Shown here: positions 49,536 to 61,831 of the stretch, one piece after another
Numbering within the stretch: the first letter of the stretch is position 1
Layout of the letters: the number at the start of each line of letters is the position of its first letter
Source: Narcine bancroftii
Taxonomy: Eukaryota
NCBI RefSeq assembly: GCF_036971445.1
Contig: NC_091475.1
Span: 157,418,001 to 157,482,000, forward strand
Length of the DNA stretch: 64,000 nucleotides
Reading direction: 5' to 3'
Program-made: the position numbers and the translations under genes
The notes under the pieces: generated by a model
Database searches by the model: none
What the model was told of the DNA's origin: nothing
The model's input: the letters and a program-made list of their open reading frames with translations, nothing else

Positions 49536-50530
49536 GACCTCATCCAATTATTTTACGTATATAGTTGCCTGCATGCACACCCACACACGCTACAATATCC
49601 CCCTTATCATGGATTCCACTCACACTCTGATTCCTAGGAACATACCTTCAGTGTCGAGAATAGCAAATTCTAATGCCAGAGTTTCAATAAATTTTGATGT
49701 TCTTGATCTTGACAAATCCTTAATTTTAATTTTTTTCTTCCAGGTAATAAAGACATCTTTGCTAGTGTATGATAGTTTATCACCAACCTGCCTGCGACTC
49801 TGAATATATTTTGTACAGTGATGTCAGTTGCCTCACACTTATAATTATGTTGTAGGCCACAAATACAATCCTTTAATAAAAATGTCATCACATTGTTCAC
49901 AAATAGCTATAAGTTGTTATCTATTCTAATGGTTGAAATTATGAATGTTGACCAGGATAATAGAAATATATCCTTTTATTTAAAAAAAAATGCCATGGAC
50001 ACTTTTATGTTAATCTGAACAGTTAAATCATTTTTTAATTTTCAGTAAAAATTCATCACATGAAACAATACATTTGTCCCTCAGTACATGGTTCAATGTC
50101 TGATGTTGAGGTTGAACCTGCTTTAATGCCAATGGAACTAACAACAATAATGAAATAATTCACTTTGTTAATATGTGATGACATTTTTATTAAAGGATTG
50201 TATTTGTGGCCTACAAAATAATTATAAGTGTGAGGCAACTGACATCACTGTACAAAATATATTCAGAGTCGCAGGCAGGTTGGTGATAAACTATCATACA
50301 CTAGCAAAGATGTCTTTATTACCTGGAAGAAAAAAATTAAAATTAAGGATTTGTCAAGATCAAGAACATCAAAATTTATTGAAACTCTGGCATTAGAATT
50401 TGCTATTCTCGACACTGAAGGTATGTTCCTAGGAATCAGTGTGTTAGTGGAATCCATGATAAGGGGGATATTGTAGCGTGTGTGCGTCTGGATGCAGGCA
50501 ACTATATATGTAAAATAATTGGATGAGGTC
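49536..50530. repeat. Long inverted repeat: 358-bp arms (49536-49893, 50173-50530), 279-bp spacer
   Basis: Direct comparison, 7 mismatches by hand count; mirror-image ORFs in the track (49670..49900 - vs 50175..50396 +). Confidence 0.95.
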
Positions 50531-50920
50531 CAGAAAAGGTTTATGAGAATGATTCCTTTGATGTGGGAATAGACAATGGAACAGCTTTGTTTGGAGAAGC
50601 AATGGTTGAGGGAGATTTGAAAGCTGTCTTTAAAATGAAGGGGTCCAGATTGTATAGAGGCTGTTTGTGCTGGTAGACTAAAGGTTATAGGCATAAAACA
50701 AAAGTGAAGAGAATTAAAATTGTGTGAGAAAATAACTTCATGCAGAGTGTGAATCTGGAATATAATGTCTGCAGATGTGGTGCTGCAGGTGTCAGAGGAG
50801 CCTTCAACAAGGACATGCATGAGAAAAGTAATTTTGAACCTAGGGAGAAAAGTCCAGTTGGTGGAAGACTGGAGTTGCTCTCCACAAGACACAATTGGCT
50901 AAATGACCTCCTTCCAGGCA
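50531..50920 (+). mobile_element. CR1-type LINE 3' fragment
   Basis: cagaaaaggtttatgagaatg..ttggagaag..gagggagattt..tctggaat..ggctaaatgacctccttc. Confidence 0.6.
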
Positions 50921-53900
50921 GTAACCATTTGATGATTCTTGATTCTCAAATCCAAATAGTGAAGATAAATGTAAATGACCTTACTCCTACCATTGCTCCT
51001 ATTAGCAGTACATCATTATTGAAATAAATGAATGTGGGAATCCTGGAGTAGGTCTGACCAGCCAAAGGTTCTGCAAGCAGATTCGCCAGCGCGAGTGTTC
51101 AGGAATTCCCTGCTGCTGCTCTGTCGTTGGAGTCTGGCTCCTGGGAAATGGCTAGTGGAGTATGACAACACGTCTGGGACACCTGCTTTCATGCTCGAAT
51201 TCTGAATCCGCTGCCACTTTTGGTGTAAACACTGGCAAGGGAAATGTGTTTGAAATTTCTGACAAATAAATGAGAAACTGTTACTGCTAAGAAAAGGGTC
51301 AGCGACAAATGCAACATAATGGACAATGTAAGCAAATGGAGAAGGGAAATTATTTTGGGCAGCAAGTTATTGCAATTTGCAAAGCCACATATAAAAAAGG
51401 AAATAAATGCAATTAGTGGAGAAAGAATAGGACAGAGCTTTTAAAAGAATTGCTTCCTTTCATGCTGGATGATTCTGTGTTAACAAAGATTACATTTTTA
51501 TATTTCTGGAGATTTTACTTGTGAGCTCATAGAGACATTAAATATTTGTTCTTTTAAATTATTTAACACCTTTTTAATGATCATTTTTTGCACATCCTTT
51601 TGTTTATAGTTCATGAGCAATGACTCATTTGCATGGAGACAATGTGACTGCTTTTAGTCTATTTTTTATTTCTCAATTTGGAAGAAACAATCTAAAGAAG
51701 GGCAAATATTTAAGAGAAATTTGCGGCTTGTGCACAAACCTTCCTGCTCCTACAAATTAATGCTATGGAGATTTTAACACCTTTAGGTGATGGGTATGTT
51801 AATACAAACCTGAGGTGACAGTTACTGGTGTATAAGACAGATTGTGTGATTAGAACTTCCATTAAACTTTACATAATTGCTCTATTTAAGCAAGAGCGTG
51901 AGATTTCATCCTGAATTGTGCCAGTATTGGGATCACCAAGGACAATGATTTATCTTGCTAGCCTACCTTGTCAATATCAGTGATTCATATTAGACATCCA
52001 TTACACGGAGCACTTTTCTGCATAGCCAAGTACAAGCTGTTGAAATATCCACCAAGATTTTAATTTAATAGGCAAATTCTGATATTTGATGAAATTACTT
52101 GCAAGTTATTTCAAGTGCCCTGTTTTAATATCTGTTACATATTTTACAAGGAGCTGGTTAATGATATGACTTCAAATGAAATTTTAACAACAAATGTGTG
52201 GCAATTCATTAAACATTAGCAAAGGAAATCAATCTGCTTAAAATATTGCCAAATACATGTATTCTTCATTAAACAATTTTTTTTTTGCTGAGTACTGAGC
52301 TTTGCCAACTTTTTAAATCTACCTTCATTTTGTTTGCATATATAAATTGGTGTCATAGCTCATTTGTTTGGACATTTTAAATGCAATGGAAACATTCATG
52401 AGGAGGAGAGCATATTACCCAGCAGTAATTACAGAGTTCATTGTTGATCTCTACAGTTTAGGCCTAAATTTCAGAACTCCCTCTAGTTCCACAGAAAGTA
52501 CTGAACCCCGATGTGATTGCTCTTCGCAATTAACAGTCATTATGTTAAGTTCTTATGATCTCCAGTATGTGAAATAGCATCCAGTTTCCTTCATGTGACT
52601 GGTCAGCTCTCTCTACTTCAGAACAGTTTCAAGAACTCCAGGTGCAGCCTGGTTAGGAATAGGGACCAGTAAAGATGTGCAAATGCTTCAGTTTAATTAC
52701 CTTCCACAGCTGCTTTTCTCCCAGATAAAGGCTATTACAACTTGAAACAGTGAGTTACCCTCTTAACTGTTGCATTGACCAAAAAGCTGAACAGTTTTCA
52801 ATTTTGACTGATGCTCCTCAGTGGGGATAACAGAGTGGAGCAGAGAAAATTAAAAAAGTATCATCAAACCTATATGTGATCATAAGTTAACTTTTGTTCA
52901 AGCTACAGCATTTGGCAGAATTACAAGTAATTTATTTGAAATATACAAAAGGGGGTGTCACTCAAACACTTGAAAAATAAATTTAAACTGTCAAATAAGT
53001 AACATTTCCAACATCTGCAGATCTGTTCAGGATTTAATACTTTAGTCACTTAAATGACTAATGCTGGAACACTATAGATGTCAGTTCAGGGTGACTGATA
53101 TAAAGATGGTGATGAATAAATGATGAATTCACTTGATTTAATACATCAGGTTGAAGAAAATTATAGAAAAGTGAAAGAAGCAATAAAACCTAATGCCTCG
53201 ATGTGTAGATTTGGAGGAAAAATGTTGTTAAGTGAACATGAAAGTGAACATCAAAGTGCACAAACTATTCTTAACACCAGTCATTCTGGAGAGGACAAAA
53301 AAGTTAGCTCTTTAAATCGATTGGGAGTGTAGCAGCATTGTTTTAAACTGTGTGATAAGGGAGAATTTTTGTCCAGTCTAAATCTGAACAGGTCTCAAGA
53401 TACTGGTGATTGTGGTATTGGAAACAGTGAAACGGAGAATATTATGGAATCATAAATTGGCATGCAACTCCTATGAAGAGAATAATTCTCAAGAACAGAA
53501 AAAGAAGGCATTATCTGCATATGATATAATGGAGAAAAACTAAGTTTTCTGGCAAAATTATTAGGTCTACAGGCAGCTCAAACTGCTGAAAGACCCCACT
53601 GGAAAGAGCTTGGAGACCCACAATCCAGTTCTTCTGCTGAGCTCAACACAGCCTCTGAATATTACAACTTGAAAGGTGGGGTTTGGGGGGGGTGGGAGTG
53701 AGGGAAGTAATGTATAAATATCCATCCCCATCCATCCCACTAGTCACCCAAATGCTCCTTTGTAAATTCAGGATGCCTACAAGTCAAATGCTCGTATTCT
53801 AGGCAAGATGTAGATCTATGTCTTCTGTGACTGAAAGGTCACATATGTATTTGGGCTATTCTGGAAGTTGTGATGCTCTTTTCAATAAGGAAGAAATAGT

Positions 53901-54321
53901 GAGGATAGTGAATAGAAGTTTGGAGCAGATTTGTCAACAATTAACTGCAGAAGCTCTTGCTGTCTCATATCATTCTTGGATTGGGACATTCGCTTAGTGA
54001 GTATGAATTATTGTGTTGTTCATGTTCATATTTTTGTTTTATTTAGCTTCTGTCAGTAATTTATTAGTCATGAATGTTACATTGTAATGTTCATCTGTGC
54101 CTGAAGTAGATTAATTTGGAATGTGGTTTAAAGCACAAACAGGGACTTATAGAGGATTCATCAGAGGGACCCCTTCCACTTGCCAAGACCAGTAACATAG
54201 GCCTATCATTACCCAGGTAGGCTTGACCACCACAAAGAAGATCTTCTTGTACAATCTATAATTGGCTTGACAAGGAAGAATACTGTCTAAGCTAAAATAG
54301 TCTTGTAGAGTTAAGGTACGC

Positions 54322-54592
54322 TGTGGTCAGCAAACAAACACAAAACTCGAGAAGACTACTACAGGCTTTAATTTTAAAGTTAAACACTGGGTGAACACCA
54401 GGTCTGTGTAGCTTCTGTTTCCACGTGCCCGACTGATTTAGGAAGGGGCTGGCTTGAGTCTTTATATGGCCCAGTGATTGATAGTCAGAATGGTGGAGCC
54501 AGGCTCCCAGGTTGTCTATCTGAAGGTACAGTGGTTGCCCCCCTGCAGTAGGCCGGTGGGAGTGCGGCCAGTGTCTTGGTTGTATCACCACA
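54322..54592 (-). mobile_element. Solo LTR related to the 1974-2266 LTR
   Basis: Reverse complement starts tgtggtgatac..ggcctactgcagggggg..ctgtacct, has atataaag and attaaagcctgt, ends ccaca; no clear TSD. Confidence 0.8.
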
Positions 54593-54980
54593 AGGGTGGA
54601 ATTCAGAAAACCCATGGTGAGCTTGGAAACCGAAGGAACGTGAATAATCACTGCTAAGTTGGATGCGTTTCACTGTTTCATTCAGATAAGGTCTTCAAAA
54701 TGAATAAGGTACTTGGCTTTGTCAAAAGTGAGGGTGAGGAAGCTTACAATTCTCAATTGCACATGAAAATATGCTATTCTGAGACCTGAATGAAGAATAA
54801 AAGGTAAGATTTACATGAAGGATTGACATCTGTTGAATAATAATCATTTTGAAGAATCCATGGGCTACCCACAAATGGCAAGGTTGAGCACTCTCAACCT
54901 GCACACATGTTCTTTTACTATTGTCCCTCCAACTAGCACCCAGGGCCTGCAGGTTGTATTAGGTTATCATCTGTTTCCAC

Positions 54981-57900
54981 GAACAATTAAATCACCTTTA
55001 AGTTTTGGGCCACGGACAAGGTAATACACACAGATAAACTTGACACCGATGCTAAGGATCCAGAGGCCTCAGTCAAATTTGACCAATGGGTGCACTGCCT
55101 CAATGCGTTTATGCAGCGCAATGATGTGTGAAGTGAAAAAAACAAATAGGATCTGCTCTTTGCTCAGGTTAGCCACCAGGTCTTTCAAACAATAAGAGAC
55201 TGTCCTACTCACACTCCTACAATGGTCTTCCTGCAGACAGTACCAGGCCCCAACAAACATGATCTATACCTGATTTCTCCTGGGCAGTTGTAAACAGGCA
55301 CCCAGTGAGTTCGTTGACGAATACATGTGGGTGCTGTGGGAGCTGGGGCGAGCCTGCAACTGACGAGAAGTCTCAGCAACTGCCCACCTTGAAGCCCTAA
55401 TAGGTGACGTGTGTGTGGCTGGATTCAGGTCTGATTAGATCAGACAGAGACTGCTTGAAAAGGGTGATCGGAGCCTGCTAGAGGTCATGGAATTGGCGAA
55501 ATTACTCAAGATATCACAATGGGACGGTGAAGCGTTCTCCTTGGGCAATGTGGATGCCACATGGGGAATGTGGACACTGGCATCTTGGGACACGAGGTCT
55601 ACATCACCGCCGCCCCCATTGAGCACCCAAAATACTACATCTGTAGACATGGGAAACATCCCCAGAAGAGCTTCCCGCCCTGAAACGTGACGTATTCCAC
55701 CTGCAGGAAGAAGGGACACTACACAAAGGTATGTAGGTTCCAACTTTACATCATCAATGCCACATGGGGCCTCCAGCCCCCGCCATCTTGGACCACACCA
55801 CTTCCGGATCCACCTTCGGCATCACTTCTGGTCGCAGGCAACGACTCAGCGGGTCCCTGGGGATGGCAAGCTGGGGTGCCATCACTTCTGGTGCCACGTC
55901 TGGCAATGGAAGACAGCACAGCGTGCATGACATGGGGGCCACAATCTTGCCTGGCATCCATGAATCAGTACAGCAATGACTTGGACAGCAATCAGATGCT
56001 GGCCTCCATTGTCCTCAATCAAGACACCCCACATCAATTGGCCAAGGCCATTATGACTGTCAAGATAAATGGCCACACCATGAACAGCTTACTCAACACA
56101 GGAAGCACTTAGAGCTTCGTTCACCAGGGATCTGTACAACACTACTCCCTTGGGGTAACCCCACCAAACTCTTAAGCCATCCACCCCCTCCGAACACTAC
56201 CTGCGGCCTCTCTACCCTCTGGGTCCCAATGCTGCACCTGTTCGAGAACCTCACCCCCGGCTGCAAGCCTGTCGCCACCAAGTGCAGGCAGTATAGCCCT
56301 GGGAACAGAGCATTTATCAAAGCAGGTCAAACGTCTTCTGGCAGAGGGGATCATAGAGCCCAGTACCAGTCCCTGGAGAGGCCAAGTAGTGGTTGGAAAG
56401 GGTGGGGAAAAATGCCATGTGGTCATTGATTATAGTCAGACTATAAAATGCTTCACCCAGCTGGACGCCTATCTACTTCCCTGCATCGCCGACATAGTAA
56501 ATGAGATCGCCCAGTACTGGGTCTTCTCAACCATTGACCTTGTTGGCATGCAATCAACTGCCCATCCAGCCAGAGGACAGCCAATACACTGGCTTCAAGG
56601 CAGAAGTCATCTCTACCACTTTCTCAGTGTCCCTTTTGGAGTCGCCAATGGGATCTCTGTCTTTCAGAGGGAGATGGACCGCATAGTGATGTCCATGGAC
56701 TTGAGGCCACATTTCCCTCCCTGGACAACGTGATCATCTGCAGCCATGACTAGCAGGACCATGATGCCAACCTCCACAATTTTCTCCAGCTGGCCAAAAG
56801 CCTCAATCTGACCTATAACCAAAAGAAGTGCATCTTTAACAGTTCAAGGCTGGCCATCCTGGATTGCGTGTTGGAGAATGGCGTCATTGGGCCAGACCCA
56901 GACCACATGTACCCCCTGTTGAAACTCCCATTACCCCAGACCCTCAAGACTCTGTAAAGGTTTTTCTTATTATGCCCAGTGGGTCCCCAATTACGTGGAT
57001 GAAGCCTGCCCCCTGGTGAAATTGGCCACCTTCCTCCTGTTGGCAGAAGTCCAAACAGCATTCACACACATCAAGGATGACATCGCCAAGGTGGAGATGC
57101 ATGCTGTAGATGAATCCATCTCCTTCCATGTGGAGAGTGATGCATCTGACTTTGCCCTGGCTGCCATGCTCAACCAGGTGGTCAGGCCCATGGCATTCTT
57201 CTCCCGAACCCTCCAGGGTCCTGAACCGGCATTCAGCCATTGAAAAGGAGGCCCAAGCTATAGTCGAAGCTGTGCGCTACTGAAGGCTCTATTTTGCTGG
57301 AAAACTGTTCACCTTGCTGAATGACCAATGTACAGTTGCTTTTATGTTTAATAACAAACAGCGGGGAAAAATCAAGAAAGTCAAGATCTGAGGAGGAGAA
57401 TTGAACTGTCCACCTACAACTACAAGATCTTGTACTGGCCCAGGAAGCTCAACGAGCCTCCTGATGCACTGTCTCGGGGGACATGTGCCAATGCACAGTT
57501 GAACCACCTCCAAGCCCTTCACATCAACTTCTGTCTACCCAGCATCACCAGGCATTACCACTTCGTCAGAGCCCATAACCCCCCCTACTCTGTTGAAGAC
57601 ATCAGGGAGTTGACATGGAACTGCCCAGTCTGCATTGAGTGTAAACTCCAATTCTACTGGCCGGACAAAACTCACCTCATCAAAGCCATCCACCCCCTTC
57701 AAGTGGCTGAGCATGGACTTTAAGGGACCCCTCCTGTTCACAAATAGCAATGAGTATTTCCTCAACATAGATGAGTACTCCCATTTCCCCTTTGCCATCC
57801 CCTACTCGGACATGACCACGGCCACCATCATAAAGGCACTGTGTGGCATCTTCGCTCTGTTTGGATACCCCTGCTACATTCATAGCAACTGGGGATTCTC

Positions 57901-58731
57901 ATTCATGAGCGAGGAGATGTGCCAGTACCTGTTGGCCAAGGGCATAGCCATGAGCAGGACCATGGGCTATAACCCCTGAGGGTTATGGACAGGTAGAAAG
58001 GGAGAATGTCACTGTCTGGAGGGAAGTCCTCCAAGTCCTAAAATTGAAAGGCCTGTCCACTTCCCGGTGGCAAGACGTCCTTCTTGAGGTGCTCCATGCT
58101 ACCAGGTCTCTCATCTGCACTGCTACGAATGCCACACCACATGAAAGGCTCTTTTCCTTCCCCAGGAAGTTGGCATCGGGAACAGCATTGCCACCCTGGC
58201 TGAACCCTGGGCCCATCCTGTTCCAGAGGCATGTCATTTACCACAAGACTGACACCCTGGTTGAGAAGTTACACTTCCTCCACACCAACCTCCAATACCC
58301 CTACATGGTACCCACTGTACCAACAGCCCCGCCCCCCCCAGCCGCTGGAGGGACCGCCTGTCACACAAGACACTGCCCAGGAATCAGCAACTGTGCCTCA
58401 GCAGACCCTGTGATGGTTGGAGCAATGGACGAGACTGCTGGACAGGCTAAATCTGTAATGAACATTGTACCACATCACCCCTGCCGGACTTTGTTTTAAA
58501 AGAAGGGGTGAATGTGGGTACTATCACTGTGTGTTACCACTATGTATATTGTATGTAGGTGCTTATGGGCTGGCCTGCCCCTGATATCACCATAAAGGCT
58601 GTTATGCCCAAACCTCTCCCTCAGTACCTGCCTTGGAACCGGGCCAGTAACAAGTAAGATGTGCTGACATCTAAAAGTGATTAAAGCCTATTAATCACAG
58701 ATCCTTGTCTAATGTGGTTGGTAGTACACTA
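54981..58731 (+). mobile_element. Decayed Ty3/Gypsy element, same lineage as 1974-6739; 5' LTR mostly lost
   Basis: gag (ACG)DKVIHTDKLD..KFDQW at 55012; CSTCRKKGHYTKVC-like knuckle; LLNTGST protease; VIDYSQTIK..LDAYLL RT; VESDASDFAL RNase H; WLSMDFKGP..GYNP..PGPILF IN; PPT aagaaggggtgaa then 3' LTR 58513-~58731. Confidence 0.88.
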
Positions 58732-59642
58732 GTCTTCTCAGAGAAGCAATAAATTAGCCATAATTTCTCATGGCTTTAATTAGCAATATAAAGTGGTTGG
58801 ATGGCTTCTTCATTATTCATTCGCTTGCCCACAAATGTGCTTTTTTTTTTGCACATATAAAGTTCTTTCCAATTTGTTAGATTTGATGTTCTGTTTGTTA
58901 AGCATGGGCAGATGGACCAATTTGGGCAAGGACTAGAATTTCCCACAGCTGCTGGCCTCGCAACCCAGAATTAAATATCCCGCTGAGCGTAAAATAAACA
59001 CAGGGATACCTGGCTGGCTTAAACATTGGAGTTGTCACTAGTGTAAATTCTTTGTGACATGAGCTTTCAGTAAGTTCTATAAAAATTACAATTTATAGTC
59101 TTTTCAATGGTTCATGAAAATGCAAGATTACGAGTATATATGAATCAAAATTAATGGAACAACAACAGCTGGTATTTTATTGCAAGTATTGAATGCAGCT
59201 TGTAACACTAGTTGTAAATTATACAAAGTGCATCTGAATATTTTTGTGCAATTAACTTGTTCCAAATTACTCATGAATATATTGCACCAGCACATCATTG
59301 ATGCCAGCTACAACTAACGAAACAGTGGTCTTTCAAGGGTTAAACAGAAGATGCTTCTTAATTCTAAGTAGTAAGCTTTGGTCTGTGTGAATGATTTTAT
59401 CACTTTGAAGATGTATTATTAGCTCTCCAACATAAATAAGAAATATTAACAAGTTTGGTCTTGGGGATTGTTCGAAAGATGTCAAGAAATAAGTGACTCA
59501 AGGAATTTGAATGTATGTTAGAAAATGGTGTGGCACCTCTGAAACCAAACACAATCTGCTGGAGAAACTCAGTGGGTCGAGCAGCACCAGTGGCAGACAC
59601 ACAAGCACATTCAAGTGACCAAAATGCCCCAATGTAAGGCCT

Positions 59643-60060
59643 CATATTATGCCCCTATGCGGATGTCGGGAGGCCACCTGAAAGCGCAGGAAGCACCTGC
59701 GAGGCGCACTTTGTAACCCTCCTCTGGGGGGGATAGTCGTCGGAGGACTCAGGTCCCCCCAGGCACCTGAATGCAGGCACCTGAAAGTGGCTGCTAAGGG
59801 GATGACAATCAGCTGGCGAGCGACTGACAGCCCCCTTCCCGAGCGACTGACTGACAGCCCCCCTGCCCCCTGCGTGGGCTGGCCACCCCAGCGCTGACAT
59901 CCCATGCCGCCTGCCCCAGCGCTGATGTCCTGAAGGGACAGGAGCCGGAGTGTGCTCCGAGGCGACTCCCATGCAGCTGTCCCTTTCAGGTGGCCAGTGC
60001 TGCGCTTTTAGCACTGCCACCTGAACGGCAATTCCACTGGTCCGATTCCGGTCTGCAGGC
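59643..60060. mobile_element. GC-rich Harbinger-like MITE fragment inside a palindromic Penelope-derived repeat (~59545-60200)
   Basis: Repeated cacctgaa motifs; cctttcaggtggc..gccacctgaac shared with 41720-41995; flanks ctgctggagaaactcag and ctgagttcatccagcag are inverted. Confidence 0.5.
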
Positions 60061-61189
60061 ACATTCTTGGTGGAGAATGGTCGGTGTTTCGAGCTGAAAT
60101 TTTTCATCAAAACTGCTTTCTTATTCTCATTCTTCTTCTTGCACTGCTGAGTTCATCCAGCAGGTTGTGTTTGGCTTCAGATTCAGTCTTCTGTGTGTCT
60201 CCATATGACGCCTCAGTGTTGTTTCATGCATTTTGAAATACCTCTCCAGGGTTGTTAACTACTGCAGGTCAGAAACAAATTTAATGGCGAGCTATTAAAG
60301 TTAATCTGATGAGTAGATGGGAGACCATATATTGTGGAGTTTAGCGATTTGGGTCGGTGAGGATTTTTCAATGCATGCTTGCAATGGGTGTGAAGTGGGT
60401 TGAATATCTGACTATCTTGGCAGAAGACCTGAGGCATTCTTGGGTATAAGTTCCACTTCATTGAATTATCGGATCATAATTTTGAGGAGGCCATTTCATG
60501 CCAGTGCTAATCCTTTGCAAGAGCTTATCTGTTAGTTTCGATCTGATGTTCTTTTCCCATAGTTCTGAAAGCTATCAAGGCTGAGCAGTCAGGAATACTT
60601 ATTATTAGAACACTTACTGAGACAAGAGAAAATGCATGTAAAAATGAATTTATTGTATTTCCGTGTTAGAAATCATTTAGAATGAATATTTCATACAGGG
60701 CTCTGAAGGCCTTTGTGGAGGAAACTAGTGGGAACTGGAAATGTACTCTCATGAGGGGGAATGTGCTTGGCAAAGACTTAAGCAAGTGTTCATGGAGGAC
60801 AAGTAGGGAGATGGCAAGTTTTCTGATCAGAATGATGATGTTAGGTCTCCAAGTAATTATGGCCCAGAAACAGGAAAATGAAAGCTAGAGTACTTGATTC
60901 TGAATGATATTCCTGTTGAAAATTATGCACATGATAAATATACAGTTAGTTTAATTGACTCAAAAATAAATAATTTGCTTGGATTTGCACAAAAATGCTG
61001 TTATCTGTTTGAGCAAAAGATATCAGTGAAACTTGAGTTCGCAGAAAATAAATGGGGGGAGAAAAGTGAACATAAAGCACAATTCCCAATCGATGTAATT
61101 CTGTTTTTCCACTCTTACATGTTCCTTCAGTATTACATCTGCTGGGAGTTGCAGCATATCAGTGCAAAGGCTTCCAAATGAATTCAAGA

Positions 61190-61440
61190 GGTATTTTCTT
61201 TCTTTTTCAATTTTTTTAAACATTTCATAATGTACACAGCATAAGGAGGATAGAAATAACACAATTAAAAAGGTATTCCCAAGTCTACATAGTATAAGTA
61301 TCGTATAAATTTGAAAGAGTGAAAATGTGACATATTAGAATAATTCTCCTAACAAAGAAAATAGAGATAAAGAAATAATTATAATATTATATAAAAACCC
61401 CAATTAATTGATTTAAAAAATAGAAAAACAACTGAGCGGT
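61190..61440 (-). repeat. L1-like AT-rich 3' UTR fragment
   Basis: Composition and layout like 35250-35620 and 38630-38850. Confidence 0.35.
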
Positions 61441-61471
61441 TTATCCCAAAGAGCTGTCAAATAGTTTAAAA

Positions 61472-61831
61472 CAGTGGTTCTCACCCTTTTTCTTTCCACA
61501 CATACCACTTTAAATATTCACTATGCCATAAGTGCTCTGTGATTAGTAAGGGATTGCTTAAGGTGTTATGTGGAAGGAAAGAAAAAGTTTGAAAACCACT
61601 TTTTTAATTGTACCTAATTGACTTGTTATGTGCATGGTTTCATAACTCCAAAGAAAAGGGGCCAATGACAATTTTTCTCAAGCAAAATATTTCAGTAACA
61701 ATTGGGTCTAGAGCAGGGATTCTCAACCTTCCCTTCCCACTCACATACCACCTTACTAGTCACAGAGCACTTGTGGCATAAGGATTATTTAAAGTGGTAT
61801 GTGAGTGGAAAGGAAAAGGTGAGAACCACTG
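61472..61831. mobile_element. Composite hAT MITE: two ~120-130 bp units (61472-61601, 61714-61831) in inverted orientation plus spacer
   Basis: Outer TIRs cagtggttctcacc / ggtgagaaccactg; flanks gtttaaaa / gttttaaa; inner TIR copies. Confidence 0.8.

Noticed and set aside
50263-50892. 209-aa minus-strand ORF
   Set aside because: Spans antisense CR1 and the palindrome arm; composition is not protein-like.
53120-53332. 70-aa ORF in non-repeat DNA as a host exon
   Set aside because: No recognisable domain or clear splice donor; length expected by chance.
59670-60030. Repeated cacctgaa motifs as a CRISPR-like or other spaced array
   Set aside because: Motifs are short and irregularly spaced; they fit subterminal repeats of a MITE in a eukaryotic genome.
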